Below, piece after piece: positions 36,716 through 48,100 of a stretch of DNA of 64,000 nucleotides (position 1 is its first letter; each line of letters starts with the position of its first letter). The translations under genes were made by a program, and so were the position numbers. The notes under the pieces were generated by a model. That model was not told the origin of the DNA and searched no databases. It was given only the letters and a program-made list of their open reading frames with translations. This stretch comes from Vicugna vicugna (Eukaryota): NCBI GenBank assembly GCA_013265495.1, contig MU058423.1, forward strand, positions 1,811,061 to 1,875,060, given 5' to 3'.

Positions 36716-39199
36716 GCTTTTAAAAATGCAGTCTTAATGAGTGAACGCAAGTAGTCAGTCACAAAGCAGTAGTCTTTGCAGGTGCCCTGGCTCCAAGCCC
36801 AGTATGCTCTCTGCCACACTTCATTCATTTCTCCTTCATTCATTCATTCATCAGAGATTACGTGAGCACTGGGCGAGCTGAGCCCTGGACTAGGTCTTGG
36901 AATCATCATGGTGCACAAAACACATATGACCCCTGTCCCTGTGAGCATCCACTTCTCCCTTCATTCGTGCATTCACCTGCTTAACAAATATTCACCGCAT
37001 GTCCCCAGAAAACAATTTGAACTCAGTGCTGCCCACCACCCCCTACACCAGCCTGACCCTCATCAGCTGCGCTCCGATCTGCCGCATTGAGCTAAGCGCT
37101 GGGATGATGCAGGTGGGGGTCATCGGACATGAATCTTGTACCCCAAGATGGTGCAGGGAAGATGGAAAACTGTAAGACACTGTCCTACAAGCTCAGGAGA
37201 GAGGGGAAGAGCTGAGGCCGACTCTGCGGAAGCCGGGGCTCCGAACTGAGTGCAAACGTGAGCGAGCTATGCAGGGAGGCCAGCAGCTCCGTCGAGGCTG
37301 AGGGCTCTTCCAGCTGGACTGGCCAGACCAGGATGCTCAGGCGAGCCGGACCCGAACAGCCCCAGATGGGCAGGGAGGAAGAGGAGAGACCGGGGAAGGG
37401 GCAAAACAGGCACGAAGGCGTGGAGGCAGGATCAGGAGAGCAGGCAGGAGGTCTGCGAGCTGCAAACCCCCCAGGGGCTGTGTGAGACCACGCAGAGTGT
37501 GCCCGCAAAGCCATTATATTGCCTTTATGTATGGAACAGAGGGGAGGGGAGTAGGGAGGGTAATTCCTTACCTGTTTGTAATAACTTACTAAATGTTCCC
37601 ACTGTCAACACCTCATTCAGTCCTCAGTGTGGTCTTTAGGGTGGGAATTACCATTATTTCCCCCATTTTACAAATCAGAAAACTGAGGCTCATAAAATCC
37701 AGTGATTTGCTGAAAAATATCTAACTCCTAAGTACTGGGGCAGAGCCTCAAGCCAGGTCTCTGTCCCCAAGACCAGTTGTCTCTTCCCTCTGTCTGTAAT
37801 GACCAACAGTTACTGATCTGAATGGAGCCTGTGGGGCAACTATACAGCACGCTTCGGTAGACCACAGAATACACTGTTTGAAGTTAGCACTGTCCCACCC
37901 CCTCCTATACCACCTGACCCTCTTCAGCCACCCCCGTGTCTGTCACTGTGAGCTGGGGATGGAAGCAGCAAAGAGGAGAGTGGGATGGGGGAAGGAAAAT
38001 GGCCCTGCTCCCAGGAGAGGAAGTTACTTTGGCCAAAGAAGCTCTCCCTCATCCCCTCATGCCTTCTGCCCCTGGCCTCAAGAGAGAGCTCCTGCTAAGG
38101 GCCCACTCTAGGCACTTGGAATTGGTCAAAAGCCCCCACCCTAGAGCCCCCAGATGGCACCCCTTCCTCTCAGCCTGGAGAAAATGGGGTGGGATTCACA
38201 CCAAGATGAAGCAAAGCAGGAAGCTTTACCCAGGGCCAGGCTTCCAAAGGAGAAAGTGCTCCTCTGAAGTCACGAGGTGGACACAGAGGTGGAGTCCTAG
38301 TCCCCCTCTGCCTGGCAGCGGAGTGGCCCAAGACAGGCCCCCTAAATCGTCACACTGATCACTCTGAAGGAATAGTGAATATTTCTCCAGGGCTTGCCAT
38401 GTGCAAAGCCAGGATTCCAACTCAATGACAAGTGTCTCAGGTCTCAGCGTTCTTAACCACTGGTCAATCCTGCCTTTCAACCCGCTTACCACTCACGTGG
38501 CAGGCTGGCACCCAGCACGCTCAGCAGGGGTACATCCTCTCCATTCCACAGCTGAGGAAGCTACAGCTCAGTGAAATTAGGCAGCTTGCAAAAGCCTGCA
38601 CACTCCTAAGAGGTGGGGCAGGTGTTTAACTGGCCCTGGCCTCTCTAACCTGAGCTCTTTACCCTGTACATTGCACTTGAACTGAGAGAAGAGGATGTGG
38701 GACTGAAAGAGCTCTGAGCTCCCACACTTCTGCAGCCCTGGCCCGCAGCTCCCCACAAGGCCTCAGCTTCCACACAGGGGGCCCTTGGTCTAGCGGGTCT
38801 AATGGACCAGGAGGCAGGTTCACCTCGGGACTCTGTGCCATTGGTTGTGTGACCTCTGGAAGACCATATGGCTCCCGTGACTCAGTTTCCCCATCTGTAA
38901 AATGGAAATAGCATTTTCCAACCTCAGATGACTATTGTCATTTAGTAAGCTAAGGGAACGTGGAATCACTTTGAAAAGACTACAGTGCTGTACACAGCAG
39001 GACCCCCTTATCATCTGTAAATGAACCTACTCCAAGGCTCTGACCACTACAGATTCTACCTCTCTCCCATCCTCATCCCCAGCCTGCCTGCTTTCAGGGT
39101 TCTTAGGCCAAAATCAAAGCTCGAGAGGACCTAAGGGAGGAATCTTAGTCTGTGTTTGTGTATAGACAAGCTCACTGGGCATGCTCTCCCTAAACCCAC

Positions 39200-39207
<8 letters not shown>

Positions 39208-39241
<34 letters not shown>
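39208..39241. repeat. (CA)17 microsatellite
   Basis: Perfect CA run about 890 bp upstream of the KCNA10 ATG. Confidence 0.95.
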
Positions 39242-39243
<2 letters not shown>

Positions 39244-40050
39244 ACTTACTTTCCACTGCCTAAATTGATTTTCTTTAGTGATGTCATTCCCCATAAGCAT
39301 CTTGGACTTAGGTCAAAAAAATACCAGTGTTTGTTGGCTTCTAAAGTCCCTGTTATGTAGGAAAGTTCACAAAAACAATAGCTATAGCTTAATGATCTTT
39401 CCAGCAGGCATTTTACACATGCTGTCTCCTTTCATGTACCCTCAAAGCAACCCTAGGAGTGATGTCCAGAGGAGGGGTGAAGGCACGGATGACTGGCTGT
39501 GGGACAGAACAGTGGTTGCCCACCCAGCCTCCATCTTCTTGTTTGCCCTTCCCAACAGAATCCCAACTGGATCAAGAGGTACTGGTGGAAGCGATGAGAA
39601 ATGGTTGAATTCTAGATAAGTTTTGAAGATATAACAACCAAAAGGATATGTGACACCCTGGCTGTGAGGGGTGAGAAAAAGGAGTTAAGGATGAGATGGG
39701 GTATGAAAAGCGCTGGGGAAACTGGAGGACTTGGTACAAACACAAAATTCTGCATTTTACTATTCAGGAACGTGAACTCCCTCTTCACTATGGCCTCTCT
39801 CTGCCATCATGGATGGAGACCCTCTTCGGCTGGAGAAAGTTTTTTCCTCTCAGCCAGGCTCCATCTTTGCAATTTCTTCTAGTTATTCGTGTGTGCAGAC
39901 TCAGGGAGTATAAATGATTTCAAGAACAATGTTGCCCAAATATCCACGAGGTTCCATCCCAAGCTAAAAATAAACCAATTTTTAATCCATTGGCCTACCC
40001 TGCCTCGGTGCCAAGAGCCAGCTGTACCCTCTCCTAGCTCCTGTGTGATC

Positions 40051-40126
40051 CCCTCCTTCCTCTCCACAGCTCACAGCGGGCAGGGAAGACTGAGGGTCTT
40101 CCTGCTGCTTCTCCGACTCCCCTAGG
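40051..40126 (+). other. KCNA10: Tandem 3' splice acceptors immediately upstream of the KCNA10 ATG
   Basis: tgtgat (branch-like) then ccctccttcctctccacAG at 40068-40069; a second tract cttctccgactcccctAG ends at 40124-40125, one base before the ATG. Confidence 0.55.
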
Positions 40127-41662
40127 ATGGATGTGTGTGGCTGGAAAGAAATGGAGGTTGCTCTGGTCAATTTCGACAACTCAGATGAAATCCAGGAAGA
40201 GCCAGGCTACGCCACAGACTTTGACCCAACTGCTCCGAAAGGCCGGTCTGGGGGCAGCCCCTTCTCCAACTGGAAGATCCGCATCAGTGACAGAACCAGC
40301 CATGAGACAGCCTTCTCCAAGCTCCCAGGAGACTACGTTGACTCCCCAGGGCCTGAGCCAGTGGTCCTGAATGAAGGAAACCAGCGGGTGATCATCAACA
40401 TTGCTGGGCTGAGGTTCGAGACCCAGCTCAGAACCCTCAGTCAGTTCCCAGAGACCCTCCTGGGAGACCGGGAGAAAAGGATGCAGTTCTTCGACTCCAT
40501 GAGAAACGAGTATTTCTTTGACAGGAACAGGCCCAGTTTTGATGGAATCCTGTATTATTACCAATCTGGTGGGAAAATCCGGCGCCCGGCCAACGTCCCT
40601 ATCGACGTCTTTGCTGATGAGATCTCCTTCTATGAACTGGGCAGTGAGGCCATGGACCAGTTCCGGGAGGATGAAGGCTTCATCAAAGACCCCGAAACAT
40701 TGCTCCCCACCAATGACATCCACCGGCAGTTCTGGCTCCTCTTTGAGTACCCGGAGAGCTCCAGCGCTGCTCGTGGTGTGGCCGTTGTCTCCGTCTTGGT
40801 TGTGGTCATCTCCATCACCATCTTCTGCCTGGAGACGCTTCCCGAGTTCCGGGACGATAGGGAGCTGAAGGTGGTGAGAGACCCCAGCCTCAACACAAGC
40901 AAGACAGTCCTCTCCCACACCATGTTCACTGACCCTTTCTTCATGGTGGAGTCCACCTGCATTGTGTGGTTCACCTTCGAACTGGTGCTTCGGTTTGTGG
41001 TCTGTCCCAGCAAGACTGACTTCTTCAGGAACATCATGAACATCATTGATATCATCTCCATCATTCCCTACTTTGCAGCCCTCATCACAGAGCTGGTCCA
41101 GGAGACAGAGCCGAGTGCCCAGCAGAACATGTCCCTGGCCATCCTGAGAATCATTCGGCTGGTGCGGGTCTTCCGCATCTTCAAGCTCTCCCGCCACTCC
41201 AAGGGGCTGCAGATCCTGGGGCAGACGCTGAAGGCTTCCATGCGGGAGTTGGGACTGCTCATCTTTTTCCTCTTTATTGGGGTCATCCTCTTCTCCAGTG
41301 CAGTCTACTTCGCGGAGGTGGACGAGCCAGAGTCTCATTTCTCTAGCATTCCTGATGGCTTCTGGTGGGCTGTGGTCACTATGACAACCGTGGGCTATGG
41401 GGACATGTGCCCAACCACCCCAGGGGGGAAAATTGTGGGCACTCTATGTGCCATCGCAGGGGTCCTCACCATCGCCCTCCCCGTGCCTGTCATTGTCTCC
41501 AACTTCAACTACTTCTACCATCGGGAGACTGAGAACGAAGAGAAGCAAAACATCCCAGGAGAAATCGACAAACTCCTCAACAGTGTGGGCTCAAGAATGG
41601 GCAGCACTGACTCTCTTAGTAAGACCAATGGTGGCTGCTCTGCAGAGAAGTCCAGGAAGTGA
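40127..41662 (+). CDS. KCNA10: Potassium voltage-gated channel subfamily A member 10 (Kv1.8), single coding exon, 511 aa, intact
   Basis: N-terminus [27 protein letters not shown] is characteristic of KCNA10. T1 domain ([18 protein letters not shown]...[10 protein letters not shown]), S4 voltage sensor ([19 protein letters not shown]), TVGYG filter at 41387-41401 and S6 PVP motif are all present. Strong Kozak context (aggATGg). No stops or frameshifts. Lies next to CYM as in other mammals. Confidence 0.99.
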   Translation: MDVCGWKEMEVALVNFDNSDEIQEEPGYATDFDPTAPKGRSGGSPFSNWKIRISDRTSHETAFSKLPGDYVDSPGPEPVVLNEGNQRVIINIAGLRFETQLRTLSQFPETLLGDREKRMQFFDSMRNEYFFDRNRPSFDGILYYYQSGGKIRRPANVPIDVFADEISFYELGSEAMDQFREDEGFIKDPETLLPTNDIHRQFWLLFEYPESSSAARGVAVVSVLVVVISITIFCLETLPEFRDDRELKVVRDPSLNTSKTVLSHTMFTDPFFMVESTCIVWFTFELVLRFVVCPSKTDFFRNIMNIIDIISIIPYFAALITELVQETEPSAQQNMSLAILRIIRLVRVFRIFKLSRHSKGLQILGQTLKASMRELGLLIFFLFIGVILFSSAVYFAEVDEPESHFSSIPDGFWWAVVTMTTVGYGDMCPTTPGGKIVGTLCAIAGVLTIALPVPVIVSNFNYFYHRETENEEKQNIPGEIDKLLNSVGSRMGSTDSLSKTNGGCSAEKSRK

Positions 41663-41853
41663 TCTGTCCGGGGCATCTTGGTCCCCTGAGTCTCCTGAGT
41701 CTCATTGTCTCTGTCTGTCTCTCTCTCAGTGTTTCTCTATCTCTGTCCCTCCTCCTCCAGTCTCTCCCCCTCCCACCTCTTGCTCTTTGTTTTTCCAAAG
41801 ACCAGAATATATCATTTGTGACCAACAGGCCATCTTTGACTAGAAGCGATTTT

Positions 41854-41859
41854 AATAAA
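41854..41859 (+). terminator. KCNA10: Probable KCNA10 polyadenylation signal
   Basis: AATAAA about 190 nt after the stop codon, followed by a T/GT-rich downstream element (ggtctctgctgtattttcttagctgtttcttc). Confidence 0.7.
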
Positions 41860-41954
41860 CAGGTCTCTGCTGTATTTTCTTAGCTGTTTCTTCTCAACTG
41901 ACTATAGAAAGATTTCATTCTCCTTTCCTGTGAGAGGGTAGCTCAGACCCTAGC

Positions 41955-42112
41955 TACTCACCTGTGGCCCCCGAGACCAGCACTGTTGGCAGCATCTGGA
42001 AGTAAGGAAATGGAGACTCCACACCCACCTCAGACCTACTGAATCAGAATCTGCATTTTAACCAGATCCCAGGTGATTCATTTTCACTTTAAAGATGAAG
42101 AAGCACTGGCTC
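41955..42112. mobile_element. MER5A DNA transposon
   Basis: cagacctactgaatcagaatctgcattttaaccagatcccaggtgattc is a diagnostic MER5A core. Confidence 0.85.
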
Positions 42113-45100
42113 TGGTCTTCCTAAGAGGAAGCACATTAAAAGACCAGGGATTGCTGTGAGCAGTGAGTAGGAGCCAGAGTTGTTTAATAATAATACCGTA
42201 CACTTGTGTACCATTGTGTGCATTTTCTAAAGGTCTTTCACGTACATTATCTCACTGCATCTAAAAATAACCAGTGGAACAGATTTGATTATTAGTTCCA
42301 CGTTGCAGATAAACAAACCAGGGGACAGCAACTTACCTAAAGTCACCCAGAAACAGTGACACAGTCAATGCTGGAACCGGATCTTCTACCTACTGGTCTA
42401 GTGCTCTTTCCACTAATGAAGAGGATGTGATGGAATTGGGGGCAGGAGGAGAGGAACTTGAGGGGTCTGTCTTTCAGAGGATCTGGGCAGCAATCTTCTG
42501 GGCAGGAGCACTCTTCCCGGGGGGCTCTGCATCTCCGTGCAGCCTGGGAAGCAATGCCTGCCTGGCCCCCCTGCTCCCCAGTCCCTCGCTTGGACAGTGA
42601 ACAAGAAGAAACTCTCCCAAATTTTTTTTTTACTTGCCCATCCCCATGAATTTGTGCAAAGACTGGGCATCTTCTGTGTGGGAAGTATATACACCAGGGC
42701 CTCAGAAGACTGCTTCAGAAAGTGCACCTGTCCACCTGCCTTGGGGCTCCAATTCCACTGAGTCATCAGAAATTGACCAGGAGCCTGTGGGGCAGCTGGG
42801 CCGGGAGCAGCAGAGCCCTACAGCATGTGTGCAGAGGCCAGGCCCACCCAGGGAGGGCGGCTGTCACAGGAACTGAGGAGCTGTGGAACTGCCCTCTTGG
42901 AAGAGGATCTTGCTCAGCCCATCAAGCTCCCAGGATGAGAGAATGGAATTGGGATTCCCCAGAAGGCAGGGAAGGAAGTCTCCACTCTGTCCCTCCCCAT
43001 TCAGCCTTTCATTCACATAAGGGCCCAATATCCAACATCTGTCCACACCTCAAAGGTAAGTCAGCACCGAAATGGTGCCCCTGGGCTGCAGGTCCCTGCA
43101 CAGCCCCACTACCCACAACCTAAACCACACACCCACAACACACAGCCCTGGAACACACCCGGCTCCACGCAACCCTGGGAGGCACAGCGCTGCGGCCCCA
43201 GGTTCCACCGCACAGCTTCTGCTTCATGACAGCCTAACAGACGAGCTGGCGGAACGGAAAAGGGTTGCTCTCCTTTCCCATGTTCTTAGTCTACACCCCC
43301 AAAAGCTGGGTTTAGTCACCTTTAAGTCCCCCTCCTGCTCTAATAGTCTCAATCTCCTTCTTGCACTTTAACCTCAAGCTGTAATTTAGCACTGAGTCAT
43401 GCAAAGATCTAGCCTGGGCTTCATGGCCCTTAGATCTGGGCAAGCAGGACTCCAGTCCCAGGCCTGAGCCTCAGGGTTCTGGGCTTTGGAGAATGTCTTC
43501 CTCATGATTTTCTAAGCTCCCTTTCAATTTCTTCTCTTCAGGGCACTCTCCAACTCTCTACCCAGCCCTCACTGCCAAGCATGTGGGGTCGACCAGATGT
43601 CCAGGAGTCACACCTGTGGAATTACCCTGAAGCCCTGTGCCAGGCTCCAGCTCCAGGATGGCGGCCTAGTGAGCAGATTGCTCCCACAGTCTGGTATGAT
43701 ATTTCTTTTACAGAATCACATGAGCTCAGATGCCAGCATGGTGATGGCACCCTGATTCGGGGTGATGCAAATTTTTATATACACCAGGTCCTTGCAAAGA
43801 CTATTTGCCCAAAATCCACAGCATATTTGACAAAAGAGCCCATGTGCCCACATTCTGCCCTCTGAGGGCCACGTCATCATAGTCCTTTACACTAAAAACC
43901 ATCTTCACATGAAACCCTTTACCCCTTCACATCAACCCTCCAAAGTAGATATTATTACCCGCATTTTGCCATGTGAGGAAACTAGTTCAGAGAAGTTCAA
44001 GGACACACGGCCAGGATGCAGTAGAGAGGGATGTGAATCTAGGTCTCTTTGATGCCAAAGTGTATCCCATCAGGTTGCCTGCCCAGAGCACCCTAACCCG
44101 GACAGCAGCCCCTGCTGGAGCGAGGGAGTGGGGCTGTGTCACACAGACACGCTTGACGCATTTCTGGGAGCAGGGAGGCTGTTCTCCAAAGGCCCCTGCT
44201 TCTTATTCTCTCTGATTCCGTGTTCAGTGGCTGAGCCACACGCTGGCCTCACATACTGCAAACAGGGCCGGACAATAAGACCCCAGGGCAGACTGGACCA
44301 GTGCCCCCAGAGGCCAATATGGAGCCCCAGAGCCATTCTCTTCCTGAGGTCCTGTGGGAAGAGTCTAGCCTAGCAGGACAGATGGAGCCACTCTTTTTCT
44401 CTAGCTAATCCAGTTACCCTCACAAGTTTAGGAGGCCTGCTCATCGGTTTCCGATGCACAGGAAGCAGATCCAGGCCTTCATCAGGCTGGTACCAGGCGG
44501 CATAGCCGCAGAAGCAAGCTCCCCATCCCTCATGAAACCGCTGCCAACAGGGCTGATGTCACAGTCCCTGTGTGTCAGCACTGAGTCATCTCTTTCTTCC
44601 CCAGGAACCCAGGTAGGTGGGCTGTGGGAGCCCCGGTCACCATCCCTCTGCCCGGCCTCCTGTTTGCGACAAGATCTGTGGTCTACAGCAGAGCATGCAA
44701 GGTGACTCATTACAAAGGGGGAGGGGAGAGGCAGGGCAGACAGGACAGGACTGCCCAGGGGGGCAGGTGCAAAACACAGAAGGAAAGCTACTCCCACCAG
44801 CATCAAGGAGGGAAGGACTGGTCAGCAAGCGGGCTCAGAGAACCCTGCCTTAAGGAGGCGGAGCAAGGCCTGAGGTTTCATTCAGCGAGTTAATATTTAT
44901 TGAGCTCCTACTGTTTGGCAGATACTTTAAAGCCAGTAAGTAAGGACACAGGAAGAAGGTCTTTTCAAATTTTCACAGTAAAAACACGCAAATATTGTAG
45001 AGAAACAATAAAAACGTTTTCAGAGAGTATTACAATTCACAGGAGGCTTCCAAATCTCTTTTTCTTTTCCACCATATCACGCCAGCTGTCTTTGTAAAAA

Positions 45101-48100
45101 ACTGTGTGAGTCAGGACTTACGGCTGTGTCTGTTCCTCTTTCTCTTTAAAAAGTGCTTTATAAACCATAAAACATTTCCAAAACTTCAGGATTTTTGAGT
45201 AGAAAGTTCTCTAGACTTAAAATCAAAGGACGTCTCAGAGTTTTTACTAATTGTGTGGTTTTGGACTCAATGAGCCTCAGTTCCCTTACGTGGAAAATGA
45301 AGATCAAAAATGCCTGCCTTGCAGCAAACACGGCAGTGTCCCCACTGCCCATAGCAGGGAGCAGTCCCTGGGTCCTCCCAGCTGCCCTCACTCACCCAAA
45401 CTGGCCAAGAGGGCTCCTCAAGACCTCCACAGGCTGCCAAAGTGGCTGCTTACGACCCGCCCTCTGTTGGAGACAGGTCCCTTTGTGATTCCTGCTTCTC
45501 TCATTCTTATACTTGAACTCAATCTCTTTGAGCTGACTTTCAAATCTAAAAGATGGACAGGCTGTTGGGAAGAATCGATGGAGTGTTATTAAAATTAATT
45601 TATGGCTGTAAAGCACTACACAAACGGAAGGAATCATTACTCTTTAAAAGCTGTCATTTTGGACCAATTTACACTGCGCAAGTAAGTATAGAACTGGCCT
45701 TTACAATCCAAGTCAGATCATGACCTGGTTTCAAAGACAGAAACTGATTTCAAAGACAGTCTAAAAATAGAATTAACGACGTGAGGCAGGGAAAGTAGCA
45801 GCAGTCTGGATAGCATCACATTCAGTAAACAACCACCCCCTTCTGGATGCCTTGCGCACGTGTGGTTTCATTTCCTCCAATACGACCACTATAAGATAGA
45901 TATTATTTCCATTTTACAGATAAGAGAACTGAAGCTTCAGAAAGTTAAGTAGCCTGTCCCTCTGGCTACTAGGGGGGAATCTTCAGAGTCGCCCAGATGA
46001 AGGGAGTACAAAATCAGACTGGTCAAACATAGGTGGTACTCCATTTGGCCAGTCCCCCAATTTTCTTGCCCCAAAACCCAGCCACTACGTCTGTCACCCT
46101 CAAGTCACCTTCACCCACAGGCAAGCAAAAGGTGGTGGTACCATCACATGGCCAGCATCATTCCCTGTGGTTCTGGGACCTCAGAGAAGCAGGGGTTGGA
46201 GCCACTCCTCGCCACACCAGCCTCTCCTGGTCCACACCCAGGCAGAGGCCGCTCGGAGGAGCCGAGCCACTCATCTGGGAAGGAAGGACCTCTGGGACAA
46301 CTCCCAGGTACAGACCTGACCACGCGGTGTGACCTGGAGCAGCTGCCGCCCAAGACACACACACACTGGCTCCCCTGCCCTGCTCTCCCAGCCTGGCCAG
46401 CAGCCCATCTCCTGCCAGCCCTGCCCAGCCCTCACTCCGCTCTGCACGCAGTCCCTTGCTCAGCCCCCCCTGGGGGCAGGAATGCATCGGGCAGAAACCC
46501 AACTCAAACGGAACCAGAAGAGAAGACTTTATCGGCTCACATGGTTGAGAAGCGCAGGAGAGTTGATGGTTGGTCCGCTGCGTCTGGGGGCTCACACGCC
46601 GGCTTAGAGTTCTCCTTGCTTCTGTCCATTGCCCTTGTCTGCTGGCCTCTGCTGGACGGCAGGCCTTCTCCACAGACCAGAGCATGATGGTCCCCAGGTC
46701 CCAGCCCTATTGCTGTTCTACCAAAAATGCATAAATACAAATCATCACCTTTGTATCTAATTATTACCTATAAATCCTCACATATTAGATCCAGCAGGTA
46801 GGGATTTCTGTCTGTCTAGTCCACTGCTATATTCCCAGGACCTATCACAGCACAGAGCAGGTGTTAAATAAATAGGTTTTGAATTAATGAATTGTTCCTT
46901 CAAGCTCTTCCTCCCAATTACTCTAAAGAGACCAAACCAAGCCACTCTGTAGGCCTGGTAAGATTTGGTTCTCCCCCACCCCCACCTTCCCCCAAACCCT
47001 AGACCTACAGGCTGAAGCCAGACATTCCTGAATGAAGAGTGTGATGGCAGGTGACCCTTGAAGGTATTACGGGGCGGGCTCTTGGGCCTGGGTACAGCCT
47101 GGCCCCTCGCAGTCTCCAGCCGCCTTTGGAGAAACCTTCCTGCCCCTCCCCCTGGGGCTGCTCGGCCTGGTGGATAGGATACAGGAAGGTGAGGGGACCC
47201 CATTCCTCTCTGAAAGCCACACTCTGAAGGTCTGTCAGAAGGCCCTGTCTCGGACCCCTTCACAAGCTTTCCGGTGGAACAACTGAAACCTCAAAAGTCT
47301 CACGCAACCCAGATGTCCGGCCTCCCCGGGCAGTTTGGACTGGTCCCGCTCGTGACCTGACTGCCCAGCAGGCCCTCCGGGAAGTCCTGCTCAGGTCCCC
47401 TCCACTGCAGTCACTGGGGAAGGAATGAACCACCCTGCCCCAGCGATGAGGCCCCACCCTTCCCCCAGCGCCACCTTTCAACCCCTGCCCGCTGGGAGGT
47501 CCTGGGATGGAAAGGAAGGAGATCCCTAAGGTGCTCTGCTCAGAAATGGATTCCAGCTCCTAAAAAGTAAGGTGCGTTCGCCCCACGCAGCAGAGCGTTC
47601 CAAAGGCCCTTTGAAGTGGGAGGAAGAAAAGCCACCGGCCTCCCCAGAGACCACTGAGTCAGCCCCGCCGGCGCATCCTAGAGACAGGAGGATGTCTGCC
47701 CTCAAATGCAGAGATGAAAAGGACCTGGGGGTGGCAGGGAGCCAGGGAGATGGGGGAAAGGAAGATCAGACACATCTTTGTTATTGCCTCTCAGGGGAAG
47801 CGGAGGGAAGAAGCTGCCGGCGAAATGTCACCGGATAATGAATGCTATTTCGCTCCAGCGCTGAGGTGTCAGTCAGACGCATGCGGAGGGATGACAGCCA
47901 CACTCCTTAGGGACTCTGGGTGGCTCCTCTGCTCTTCTGAGCCACATGGGCCTGGCTGAGCCCCCTCCCCTGACCCTGACAACACTGTTCTATTGTTAAC
48001 TGAACGAATAAATATAAACATAACAGGAAAAAAGAAATACGGCAAAATAAGAAATAATCCAAAGCCCCCAAGGTTATTGTGAGAATTCTGTAAGATAATA

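Noticed and set aside
40181-41338. 385-aa antisense ORF over KCNA10
   Set aside because: It is codon-aligned with the sense CDS. Antisense stops require sense TTA/CTA/TCA codons, which are rare in this GC3-rich gene, so it is a shadow ORF with no recognisable protein.
41471-41473. Ile449 codon homologous to the KCNA1 I400V A-to-I editing site ([10 protein letters not shown])
   Set aside because: Mammalian editing is established only for KCNA1 and needs a specific exonic hairpin, which I could not identify here.
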